From Felis catus (Eukaryota): DNA of 64,000 nucleotides. Of this stretch, positions 48,768 to 60,429 are shown one piece after another. Below the pieces are notes generated by a model. It did no database searches. It was not told the DNA's origin and saw nothing but the letters and a program-made list of their open reading frames with translations. The position numbers were made by a program, and so were the translations under genes. The stretch is from assembly GCF_018350175.1 (NCBI RefSeq), contig NC_058369.1, positions 994,001-1,058,000 on the forward strand, in the 5' to 3' direction. The number at the start of each line of letters is the position of its first letter. The first letter of the stretch is position 1.

Positions 48768-51648
48768 CAGGCCCATGACCATGCCTTCCCATGGCTACAA
48801 AAGTGTGAATGGCCATAGATATGCACATACCTGCAAGTGTTTTCTCTTTTTGCATTGCCTGCTGGGGAGCTCAGAGCCAAAACTGTGGCCCACCTGTGGC
48901 AGGGGTTTAGAACCACCTGATGTGGGTTCTGCGGACTAACTTCTCTTCCAGCTACAGCTTCTCTCGACTTCGCGTCTATTTTTGTTCCTCTGGCTGCCTT
49001 GCCTCTCTACAACACCCCCCAACCTTCTGGGCCCCAGGCAGACTGAGAAGGACAGCGTCTGAGCTCCGTTCCGAGGGCTTTACACGCATCCTCTCACTTC
49101 AGTCTGCAAAAGCCTCCCTGGGGCAGTGCCGCACAGAGCAGTTGTGGGAACTGACCCAAGAACCCAGCAAAGCAACGGATTAGAGTCTGGACAGAAGCTG
49201 GGCTCGGTTCCAGACGATCCAGTTTGAGAGCGTGGGCTTTACGCACCATACGCCTTAAATTAGAACACACACACAGACAAAGCGACCTCTGAGCGGGGCC
49301 GAGCCAACCAGCAGGAAGGCCACACAGCAGCGACCTCCTCCCCTGATCCTGAGCCCAGAGCTGGGATGTCGGGCTGCCCTCGGCATAAATCATCATCTAC
49401 AAACGTGTCTGCACCCTCACGCGGATCTGCGGGCAGGGCAGTGGGTGCGGCTTCAGGGAAACTCAGTGGCTGGAGCCCGCGAAATCCACACACCAGGCCG
49501 GCCCGGGACCAGAGCCCAGCTGGGTCCAGCACCCCTCCCGGAGCCCCCCAGTCATCGTGAACCGGACAGGCCCCGCCCCAGTGCAACGGAACCGTCCCCT
49601 TGGGCACGTGTTCCTACCGTGTGTGCCACCTGGCCTTGGCTGGGCGACGGGACACCCAGGACATGCCACACCCTCTTTGTGCCCTCCAGGCTCTCAGGCT
49701 GGGGAGAGAGACACCAGACAACCGCAGGGGAGCCCACGATGTTAGCAGCAGGACAAGGTGGGATCAGCCTGCAGCCCTCTTGGGGTGCTGTCCTCAGACT
49801 CAGCCGGGCCATCCTCTTTACGGCTTGGCCCGGCCCGGGGCACCGAGCACAGACCTGGGGGGGGCATTAGCACGACGGCTAACGTGGGGGAGCGCCTACC
49901 ATGTACCCGGGCCTGGTCCGTGCACTCGACCTGCATCCGTTCACTCAACGTGAACTCAACGTGATACCCATTTTGCAGATGGGGAAACTGAGACACAACT
50001 GATTGGCCGCGTTACTCAGAGTCCCATCGGCGGGGCCCGGGTCCACACCTCGATTGATTACTTCTGTAATTGTCAAGGGAGCCAGAGAGCTGGGGCCTCG
50101 GTTTGCTAACGCACAAAATGGGAACGATCGCCCCTGCCTTGCCCCCTGCCGGGTTGGTGAGTGGGGAGCTCACCCGAGGCCTGAGCAACGCACACGCCAC
50201 CCTGAGCGGCTCCCAGGAGGCTTGACTCTGCCCCGCCTGCCCCCACGCGCACTCTCACAGCCCCTCACTTCTGACCCCCCGACAGGAGTCAGAACACGGG
50301 GCATTTGTGCACAGAAGCAAAGCAGGGACTCCAGAACAAGGCAGCTCAACGCCAGGCCGCCCCAATCCACCTGCCTTGGGCCCCGGTGCTGCCTTCCAGA
50401 GTCTCCTAGGAAGCGTGCGTTGGGGGGCTAGTGTCCAGCTCAGAGGGTCCCACGGGCAGTGGCTCCGAGCTGCACAGCCTGGAGGGAAAAGGAGGCCCCC
50501 ATCTCCCCCAGCCCCCCTCTCTTCTCCTCCCCCCTCCCAGGCCCAGCTGGAATCCTGCTGGTCAGTCTGCGCTCACCGCCCGCCCCACCGCACCCCACCT
50601 GTCTTGGCTCACTCCGTGTGGGGCGTGGACAGAGCTCAGCACCTGCCTCTGCCACAAGCATTTTCTGAGCACCTACAGGTCTGCACTGTGTGTGTGTTTT
50701 AAGTCCATCCCACAGATAAGCACCTTGAGCCTCCGAAAGCATCAGTGATACGTGTAAGGGGATGCTGGAGTTGGAACCCACAACTTGACCTTGATCTTGT
50801 GGGGGGGAGGCTGTGGCACCAAAAAGGCCCTGGCTGATGTCCCCCTCCATCCCTGGGCAACAAGGCACCCGCATGAGGACGGTACCCCAGAGGCCAGGAG
50901 CCAGCTACCCCATGAAACAGCCAAGGTGAGACTCAGTCTCCCCAGGCAAGAAATGGTTGAGTGCCGGAAGCCAGCCCTCAGGGGGCGGGGCTCGGCTGCC
51001 ACACACCTACCTGCCCCCCCCGCCCCCCCCCCCCCCCCCGCTTTGTCTTTGCCTCTGAGATCCGAAGGTCTTTGATTTTCCTAGGCAGCTGAGGAGCAGC
51101 TGCTCTGGGAGGTTTTCTTACCTGGAAAACAAGCAAGGGGTCAGCCAGGTGACCCTCAGCCCTCCCCAAACCCTCCCCAAACCCTGCCGGTCCTGCAGGC
51201 GCTGTGACCCCAGGGAGCCCAGCCCCCCAGGCCCAGCAGCCCACCCGGGGACCTCCTGATGGACCCGGGCCAGGAGGATGCACCGCCTGTTTTCTCACAC
51301 TTGTGCCTGAGCCCCACCCTCAGGTCTCTCCCCTCCAGGCAGGGGTGAGGGGACGCAGGAACTGGAGGAAGTTCTGCTTCGCGGCTGAGTCCCAGGGGAG
51401 GGTGCTTGAGAAGGACCTGTCTTCTTACCGCTGATGCACAGGGAGCTCAGTAATAATAGAAATGCTGTGTTGCGTTTGCGTGTTTGAAAGCGAGGGGAGA
51501 AAGAGAGGGAAGCCCAGCGGTTCCTACCCGCCAAAGTGCGGGGGATTTATTACGGAGGCAATTATGGAGGGAAGCCGCCGGGACTGTTCTGAGGGGCCTG
51601 GGTGCTCGTTAGGGAGGCGGGATAAGCAGCAGTTACAGCTGTTAGCAG

Positions 51649-52560
51649 CGGAGGGGAGGGAGGAGGAAGGGGGAGGAGGGGAGGGAGGGGGAGGAGGGGG
51701 AGGGAGGAGAGGAAGGGGAGGAGGGAGGGGGAGGGGAAAGGGAGGGGGAGGAGGGGGGAGGGAGAGGAGGAGGGGGAGGGAGGAGAGGAAGGGGGAGGAG
51801 GGAGGGGGAGGAGGGAGAGGAGGAGGAGGAGGGAGGAGAGGAAGGGGGAGGAGGGAGGGGGAGGAGGGAGAGGAGGAGGGGGAGGGAGGAGAGGAAGGGG
51901 GAGGAGGGAGGGGGAGGGGAAAGGGAGGGGGAGGAGGGGGGAGGAGGGAGAGGAGGAGGGCGAGGGAGGAGAGGAAGGGGAGGAGGAAGGGGGAGGGAGG
52001 GGGAGGAGGAGGGAGGAAGAGAGGAAGAGGAAGGAAGAGAGGAAGAGGAGGAGGGAGGGGGAGGAGGAGGGAGGGAGGAGAGGAAGGGGAGGAGGAAGGG
52101 GGAGGGGGAAAGGGGAAGAGGGAGGGGGAGGGGGAAAGGGGAAGAGGGGGGAGGAGGAGGGGGGAGGAGGAAGGGGGAGGAGGGGGAGGGAGGGGGAGGA
52201 GGAGGGAGGGAGGAGAGGAAGGGGAGGAGGGAGGGGGAGGAGGGGGAGGGAGGGGGAGGAGGGGGGAGGAGGGAGAGGAGGAGGGCGAGGGAGGAGAGGA
52301 AGGGGAGGAGGGAGGGGGAGGGAGGGGGAGGAGGAGGGAGGAAGAGAGGAAGAGGAAGGAAGAGAGGAAGAGGAGGAGGGAGGGGGAGGAGGAGGGAGGG
52401 AGGGGGAGGAGGAGGGAGGGAGGAGAGGAAGGGGAGGAGGAAGGGGGAGGGGGAAAGGGGAAGAGGGAGGGGGAGGGGGAAAGGGGAAGAGGGGGGAGGA
52501 GGAGGGGGAGGAGGAGGGGGAGGGGAGAGGGGGGAAGGGGAGGGCGAGTGGGAGGGGCAA
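51649..52560. repeat. ~900-bp GA-rich polypurine tract
   Basis: Nearly pure G/A; a sub-block recurs at 52011 and 52336. Confidence 0.95.
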
Positions 52561-54179
52561 GGCAGGAGCACCAAAACTCCCTCTCTTACCAGCGGGGGAA
52601 ACTGAGGCCGCCCAAACCCCTCCAGGCCATGGGGCTCTGCTTCCCTGCAGCCTGGGGCCCTCCCAAGGGTCAGGCTCCAGCGTTTGAGGTCGGGGCGGCC
52701 GTGACCTTTTCCAGGAGGAACCCGGTTGACCCTTCCGCTTCTGGGGCCCTTTAATGATTAACTGGCTGGTGGGAGGCGGGGGCGGATCCGGGAGGACCGA
52801 TCCCCCCACACCTGCATCTGGGTGGTGAGCAGTCTGCCACCCGGCTGCTGGGTCACAGGCCCCAGAAGAGGGGACCACGGCAAGTGCAGGCACTGTCTCC
52901 TCCGGTCTCCTCTCACCGCCTCCCACAAATTCAGGGGTGGGGGGGTCACGGGCTCCCTGGTCCCTGGGATTATCGAAGGGCTAGTTCAGAGAAACGTTCT
53001 GTGTGGCTGCAGGCCGCACAGAGTCAGCTGGGACCCCGGCTGGACGCACCAAGGTGTGCACAGGACACCTGCAGGGAAGCCTGTTAGGACTCAGCGGCCT
53101 GGGGCTGATCCGCGGGCTGGGGGCCTCGGGCAAGTGCCAGAAGCTCCCTGCGCCTGTTTCCTCATCTGCAAAATGGGCGCAATTAGAGGGCCTGCCTCGT
53201 AGTCCCGCCCACTCCACCCCCGGCCTGCAGGAGGCGTCATGGGAGGGGGCAGGCAGTAGAAGGGGGTCTCTGCTGGGTGTGTCACTCCCGGGGGGGGGGG
53301 GGTCTGGGACCCCTCACCCCCTGGGCAGGGAGGCGTAGTGAGGTGGCTGCAGACCGAAGGAAGAGCAGTCCCCTCCCTCACGCAGCCACTCGCCTGCCCC
53401 CCACTCCCCGCACAACACACGGCGGCGTGGGGGGCTGTCATCCCCACCACATCTCCGACGCGCTCCGTTTGTGCAGACGGAGTCGGGAAGGACTTGTTCT
53501 AAAGGCTACGGGGCCCTGTCCTGCTTGGCCTCCCAGGCTGGCATTCGAGGCTCGGCTCCGACACCACCCCCACCCCCCGGTCCCAGCCTTATCTCATTGA
53601 CTCATTCAACAAATATTTCCTTAATGCAGGCCCGTGGGTACTCGCTGCTCAGTACTGGGGGGACTGGGTGAGGCCCACCTCCTGCCCCTGCCCCGGCCCT
53701 CCCTTCCCCACGTGATGAGGGCCTTTCGTCCCTGACTCCCTTACCTGATGAACTCCTACACATCCACAAAACTCAGCATCCAGGCCCGGTGCTGGGAAGG
53801 CGCCCTGCCCCCATCGCTCACTCAGGAACAAGAAGCAGTCTGTCTTCCCTCCCCAAGCACTAGCACGACCTCCCCCCCCCCGCCAGGGCCGGGTGACCCC
53901 CCAGCTCTGGGTGGGCGCTGCACTGAGAGATGTGTTTAAATCCAGTGACCGGCCCAGGTCCCTTCCTCCAGCCTCCGCCGGTAGGTTCTGCCTGGCGGGC
54001 CGGCACCCCTTGCCCCAGTCTCAACCTCCCAGTACCCCTCGAAGAGGTCTGGGGGGCGGGGCTCACACCCAGGGAGGCAGCAGGGGGTGGGGGCGGTCAG
54101 CCCTGCAGGACCGTGGTGCGGAGTCTCTGCCCCCCCCCCACTTCCTGGCCAAGCGGCAAGGGTGCCATGTGTTCAGATA

Positions 54180-55366
54180 AATGGCGCGTTAATGGGGCGC
54201 CAGGTCAGGGCGAGGCTCCGCAGCCAACCGGATGCCGCCCGGGTTGCCCGGGCGGGCGCCCCTTGGACGCTCCCTGAGCAGGAGGGACGTAGCTCCCCCT
54301 CCTGCCTGGGGCCTCCACCTCTGCGTCAGGAAAGTGGGCGCCCTCCCAGGCCTGCGCTCCCGGCCTCTGGGTCGCCTCCCGGGGGGTCCACGGCCGCACA
54401 CTCTGGGATGCCAGGGCCCGAGTGCTGGCGCTCGGCAGAGTCGGCGCGGCGACCCGGGTCAGGGAGGCAGCCCGGCCCGGGTCCCCCAGCCCCGAGCCTC
54501 CGCAGACCCACGGCCGCGCCCCGCGCGACCCGGGCTCCCGGAGCCGCTCGCCACCTTTGTGCAAGGCGGAGAGCGTTGTGGGTTGAATATATGTATTTAC
54601 ATTTTTAATTGTCAAAGGAACCTCCCTTCTGGGAAGGACCAGAGGGTGCCCCGGGCTGCGAGGGGGCGGGGGTCTCGCTTGGCGGCCGAAGGCCCGGGCT
54701 TCGCGGCGGGGGTGGCGCTGGGGCCCCTCCGGAGCTGGGCGCCCGACGCGGGTTTCGTTGCTCCGGGGAAGCTCTCGGCCCGCAGTGCCTGGGCCCCATC
54801 AGCGGAGCGGGGCTGGGGGACGACCTCCGGCTCCACAGCCCGCGCTGCCCCCTCCCTCGTCCTCCCGGAGACCCGCGAGCCGTGCCCTGCCGGCCTGGCC
54901 TCAGTTTCCCCGACTGCTCCCTGCCGGGCAGACTCACAGTTTCCTCACCAGCTCCTGAAGGAGGAGGGGTGATCTCGACAAAGCCGAGAGAAGAGGGGTC
55001 TGGGCCACCGTAGGGGGGCTCGTTCGTGTCGCAGCCCCTGCTGACCGTGCCTCCAACTGGCCTCAGGGTATTTGCGACCTTGGCGTCCCAGGCTGCCGCC
55101 CCCAGCCCGGCTCGGGCGCGCAGCGGAAGTGAAAGCAGGTGGACGGGGAGCGAGGAGAGCGAGCCGACCTCGGGCGCCCTGCGGGTCACTCTCCAGATGG
55201 GGAAACTGAGGCGCGGGCGGGGTGGGCCGGCTGTCTGGGTGCCCTCCGGCATCTGCCCTGGCCGGGCCTCGACTACCCACCCCTGAGAATAGTGTTGGTG
55301 GGGGTGTGTGGATGCAATTCCGGGCCGCCGGGGGAGGGGACCGGGACGCGGGGCCCCAGGGACGCG

Positions 55367-55405
<39 letters not shown>

Positions 55406-56950
55406 ACACAGACCCGCGCCCCGCGGACGCCGGGCCCCGCTGCCCCCGCGCAAACAAGCGCCGTGTTTGCCGAGAGCGCGGCGGGCGGCGCGGCCCGGGA
55501 GCGATGAGGATTCGATGGAGCCGCGCGCTGCGGCGGGGGCAACGGAGCCCGGGCGGGCGTGGGGATCGATCGAGCGCAGCTGTCGCCGACACGCCCGCGG
55601 GAGCACCTACCCCGCGGGCCAGCGCCCCGGGCGCCGCCGGCCGCTGGCGAGAAGCTCCGGACGGCCGGCCCGCCAGGGGCGAAGCCCCAACGTCGTGGCG
55701 CCCCGCCTTCGGGCCTCGGAAAGGACCCCGCGCCCAACGTCCGAAAGTGGAACCTCGGGGCGCCGCGCGCACAGCCGCGCCGGGATCCCCGCCAGGCCGG
55801 AAGAGCCTAGCACCCTCCCCCCAAATCTAAATAAAGTCCTCCGACCCCGCCCGAACGAAGGCGCAGGAGTCCGGCGGGAGGGTGAGGGCCTACGGGGTGC
55901 GCGCCGGCCAGGCTTTGGGGCGCCCGCGGGCCTGGGGACTGGAACGGTGCCGGCGCGGGCCTCAGGCTCGGGCGGGGCTGGGGGGGGGGGGCGTATTCGC
56001 CGCCACTATTTATTAAAACCTTGCTCTAGTAAAACTAGGCGTGCGCGGTCGCCGGGGACTTTCATTTCCGTGGGGACAAGTGGAGTCGCAGAATCGGGCG
56101 CAGACCGAGGGCGGACCTGGGGGAGGCCGGGAAAGGAAAACCCTCGGGTGCATCCCCCCTAATGTTTTTGGCTGCGCGGCGGGACCCAGAACAAGAGGCC
56201 GGGAGGTGGACCACAGCTTGCCTCCAGGGCAGTTTCGAGCCTGGGAGGGAGGTGTTGTGGCTGAAGGCCCCCGCTGGGCTCCCGGGGCGGGGAGGAGGTC
56301 CCAGCTTGGCACGGAGTAGGTGGGCATCGGCGGGGGCGGAGGGGGGGGGGCAGCCCAGCGCCAGCGGAGGCGGGGTCCGGGAGTCGAACTCCAATTTTCC
56401 TGCGGGGAAGACTGAGGCCGTAGAGCTTAGGCAACGTGGCCGAGGTCCCGGTAGGAGCGAGGAAGGGGGTCTCCCTGCCCCCATCCAGCCCACCCCTCCC
56501 CCGCCCGCAATTTGCCTAATGACCCAAGATCGATCCGCGCGAGCCACCCGCCTGCCCCGTGGCCGGCTCAATTCTATTTTACTAATTACTAAAAGGCCGC
56601 TGGTGGGGGGAGCGGGTTCAGGGGTGCCAGGGGGCCTCCTCCCTCCTAGATGCCGGCAGACTTTTGTTCAGTCTCCCAGAAGGAGCGCAGCCTCTGCGAG
56701 GAGCAGGATCCCTCTTCCCGGAGGGGGTCCAAATCCAGGCCGCCGTACAGGAGGCGGGGGCTGCTTGCACGGAGCCAGCGGTCCCAGCCGCCACCGGGCC
56801 TGGGCGCTCAGGGTGTCCCGAGGCCTCAGCGCGGAGGGGGCTCCGTCTTAAAGCCCCAGGCTGGCCTCTCTTCTTTTCAAAATGGGCGCTTTCTTCGTTA
56901 GCAAAGCCGCACATGCTTGTTATAAAAATGAAGTGATAATCGAGCTGGAG
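54180..56950. promoter_or_regulatory. large CpG island 2.3-5 kb upstream of the ONECUT3 ATG
   Basis: Dense CpG with embedded AT-rich motifs (TGTATTTACA, TTAATTG, CTAATTA) and ATCGAT at 55565 and 56529. Confidence 0.7.
55362..55410. repeat. (CG)6(CA)n compound microsatellite
   Basis: acgcgcgcgcgcgcacacaca…. Confidence 0.9.
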
Positions 56951-58799
56951 AAAATATAGGAAGAAGGAAGCAGAGAGCCCACGAGCTGGACACCCCCCAG
57001 CGCCCCTAGGCTGACATCTCGGGGTGCTTCCTTCCAGCTCGGTCTTCCCTCCCATGACTCCCCAGCCCCGCCTGACCCACGCTTCTAGGGCCTGGGATGT
57101 GATCATTTTATGGAGGCTGATTGATTTTTAGATCCCACGATTATTTTTAATTATCCGTGATTGTTGGAGGGTGGGATGGGGGGGGGGGCTCAGGCTGGGG
57201 CTCAGCGCCGCCAGAACCCGCCTCCCGGACTCAGAATCCTCATGGGGAGGGGGATATTCAGTTGTTCGGACCTGCCCCTCTCCCATCTCTGTTTTCCCAC
57301 GTGGAAGATGGGTGTAATAATATATAACCCGGAATTCTATCTGAACCACGGACCCAGATAGCACTTGGAGTGTTAGCACTTGGACGGACATCAGCCCAAG
57401 GGGGAGCCCTGCCAGGGCACAGGGAGCCCTGCCAGGGGCAGGGAGAACGGTGGCTTGACTCCTCTCAGCAGCGGGTGAGGACAGACTGTGTGCTCGGTCA
57501 ACAGTAGGCAGCTACCAAACGCTGAGTCCTAAGCAGCACGAGGCCCTCACGGGGGTCCCCATGAGCCCCTATCCCACCCAGGACTTGGATCAGCCCATTC
57601 TACTGTCTGATCCCCCCAAGCTGGGGTCCTGGTCGTCCAGGCCCCAAACTCCCTTGTGCCCCCTCCCTCTGCCACGATGGGGGCCAGCACGGTTGTGCCT
57701 CCGGCTCAAAGCTGGAGCTGGCAGGAAAACACTCCCCTCCCCACGATGGAAGGGAGAACAGACCGAGAGGGCCCTAGCCCAGGGGCCGAGCTCAGTTCCT
57801 CTGCAGGCGTGGGGGGTGGTGTTGAAGGCGTGAGGACGGGGCGGCCCGTGGTTTGCACGGAGGGGGCGCTGGCTCCCTGCTTGGGCCTTCCGTCCACTGG
57901 CCACTTACAGCCTCCCTGCTGAGATGGGGGCACCTTGGGGGCTCCAGGAGAGGCCTCAGTAGCTTTCCCCCCACAGGTCACCCTGCGGGGCCGCCATACT
58001 GGGGAAGGAAGAAAGGGTGGGTTGATTTGGGGCGGGGCACCTTTCGGGGTGTGGGAGGGGTGACCCCTCCGTTACCTGCATCTGACCCCGCTGGAGGGAC
58101 CATGGAAGGGAATGTCTCTCTGAGCGTGGGAGGCTCCCCATTTTTCCCAGTTCCCAAGGGTCCCTGGGCCTCAACTGTCTCCCGGTGGTGAGGAAAAAGA
58201 AGCACCTTCTCTCCCCCACACCCAAAAGAGAAACACTGGGGTGGGGGGCGCAGTTGGAAGCAGGGGCTTCTTAGGAAGCAGAGAGGACAAGTCCCCCACC
58301 TGCCTGCTCTGGAAAACGAGGAGTTCTTTAAAGGTCCCCCCCTCCTCCCCCACCCCCCAGCTGCTGCCCTGCTGGGGATGGAGGGAACCAGAACTTGGAG
58401 GCGGGAGGCATCTTTGGCACCCCTGAGGACAGGTGCTCCACTGTGCAGCTAGGGAAACTGAGGCCCAGGTGCCCACACCTGGAAGCAGATCCGGACACTG
58501 GGGGTGGACAGGCCCTGACTCAGCCTGAGGACCCCGACTTTCAGCAGGACTCCCCGCAGAGAGATGGGAAGCAGGCAGTGACTCCCTGTACGGTGCTCCC
58601 ATAGGGGAAGCCCAGCTTGCACAGGAACCTGCCTCGTGGGGTCCGTGTGGGCCAGAGGCCAGAGGGGGGACAAGTGGACCCCAGGCCCCACCCAGCCACA
58701 TTCCTCCGTGTTCCTGGAGATAGATTTGGGGGCGTCAGGCAGGAAAGTAACCTTCCTGACCCTCTGGGGAGAGACACAGAATATGAGGTGTAGGGGATG

Positions 58800-59231
58800 A
58801 GGCTCCAGGCCCCACCTCGGCGGGGTCTGTCCTCCGAAGCCCGCCCGGCTGTCCCCGCGTCCGCCGGCCCCCCTGTTGGAGAGGGGGGGACGCGGACCGG
58901 CGCGGAGGCTGGGGACCCCGGGAGCCCGAGTCTGGCCCACTCCGGCCCGCCTGGAGCTCGAGGGGGCCGGAGCGGGCGGAGAGCGAGGCGGCGGGAGGCG
59001 GCGGAGAGGGGAGCGGGTGGGCGGGGGTGCTGACGTCAGACCCGGGCCCGGGCGCCGGCGGCCGCTCCCCCGCCACATCCTGGTGGCCGCGCTCGCAGCC
59101 GGGCCGGGCGGTGCGCCGCGCAGCCGGGCAGCCTCGCGCGCAGCCACCGGGGAGCGGGCGGGGGCCATGCGGCGGCCTTGAGCGCGCCGGGCCGGCGCCG
59201 AGGAGCGCGCGCGGCGGGCGAGCGGCCGAGC
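58800..59231 (+). promoter_or_regulatory. ONECUT3: ONECUT3 proximal CpG-island promoter / 5' UTR
   Basis: Very CpG-dense, no TATA box seen, GC boxes, palindromic CRE TGACGTCA at 59031-59038. TSS position cannot be read from sequence. Confidence 0.8.
59167..59181 (+). promoter_or_regulatory. upstream ORF (MRRP*)
   Basis: gccATG CGG CGG CCT TGA, ending 50 nt before the main ATG. Confidence 0.6.
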
Positions 59232-60020
59232 ATGGAGCTGAGCCTGGAGAGCCTGGGGGGCCTGCACGGCGTGGCCCACGCGCAGGCGGGCGAGCTGCTG
59301 AGCCCGGGCCACGCGCGCTCGGCGGCGGCGCAGCACCGCGGCCTGGTGGCGCCCGGGCGCCCGGGCCTGGTGGCCGGCATGGCGAGCCTGCTGGACGGCG
59401 GCGGCGGCGGCGGGGGAGCCGGGGGTGCGGGCGGCACGGGCGGCGCGAGCGGCGGCGCCGACTTCCGCGGGGAGCTGGCGGGCCCGCTCCACCCGGCCAT
59501 GGGCATGGCCTGTGAGGCGCCCGGCCTGGGCGGTACCTACACGACGCTCACGCCCCTGCAGCACCTGCCGCCGCTCGCCGCCGTGGCCGACAAGTTCCAC
59601 CAGCACGCGGCGGCCGCGGCGGTGGCCGGGGCGCACGGCGGCCACCCCCACGCGCACCCGCACCCGGCGGCCGCGCCGCCCCCGCCGCCCCCGCCGCAGC
59701 GCCTGGCGGCCAGCGTGAGCGGCAGCTTCACCCTCATGCGCGACGAACGCGCGGCGCTCGCCTCCGTGGGCCACCTCTACGGGCCCTACGGCAAGGAGCT
59801 GCCCGCCATGGGGTCGCCGCTGTCGCCTCTGCCCAACGCGCTGCCGCCCGCGCTGCACGGCGCCCCGCAGCCCCCGCCGCCGCCGCCGCCGCCGCCGCTG
59901 GCCGCCTACGGCGCGCCGGGCCACCTGGCCGGGGACAAGCTGCTGCCGCCCGCCGCCTTCGAACCGCACGCTGCGCTGCTGGGGCGCGCCGAGGACGCGC
60001 TGGCTCGCGGGCTGCCCGGA

Positions 60021-60052
<32 letters not shown>

Positions 60053-60429
60053 GGGCGGCGGCGCGGGCGGCGGGGGCACCGCGGGGCTGCTGGCGCCGCT
60101 GGGCGGGCTGGCGGCCGCCGGGGCGCACGGGTCCCACGCAGGCGGCGGCGGCCCGGGCGCGGGCGGCGGCCCCGGGGCGGGCGCGGCGGCGGAGGAGATC
60201 AACACCAAGGAGGTGGCGCAGCGCATCACCGCCGAGCTGAAGCGCTACAGCATCCCGCAGGCCATCTTCGCGCAGCGCATCCTGTGCCGCTCGCAGGGCA
60301 CGCTCTCCGACCTGCTGCGCAACCCCAAGCCGTGGAGCAAGCTCAAGTCGGGCCGCGAGACCTTCCGCAGGATGTGGAAGTGGCTGCAGGAGCCCGAGTT
60401 CCAGCGCATGTCGGCGCTGCGCCTGGCAG
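59232..60429 (+). CDS. ONECUT3: ONECUT3 coding exon 1 (399 codons + 1 nt; N-terminal region and complete CUT domain); homeodomain exon not in window
   Basis: ATG in strong Kozak context (gagcATGG). Translation begins MELSLESLGGLH and contains the ONECUT TP-box (TYTTLTPLQHLPPL, from 59535), SVSGSFTLMRDER (from 59712) and the CUT domain EEINTKEVAQRITAELKRYSIPQAIFAQRILCRSQGTLSDLLRNPKPWSKLKSGRETFRRMWKWLQEPEFQRMSALRLA (from 60192). Donor CAG|GTAGGA follows LRLA, the intron position typical of ONECUT genes. Confidence 0.96.
60018..60062 (+). repeat. GGC trinucleotide repeat encoding 15 Gly
   Basis: GGA (GGC)10 GGG (GGC)3 in frame in exon 1. Confidence 0.95.

Noticed and set aside
51462..52926. 430-, 454- and 310-aa ORFs (Gly/Glu/Arg- or Pro/Ser-rich)
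   Set aside because: Translations of a stop-free polypurine tract; the same applies to the ORFs at 11742-12328.
59178..59231. N-terminal extension of ONECUT3 from a TTG start in the ORF track
   Set aside because: Non-ATG start; the strong-Kozak ATG at 59232 gives the recognised N-terminus.
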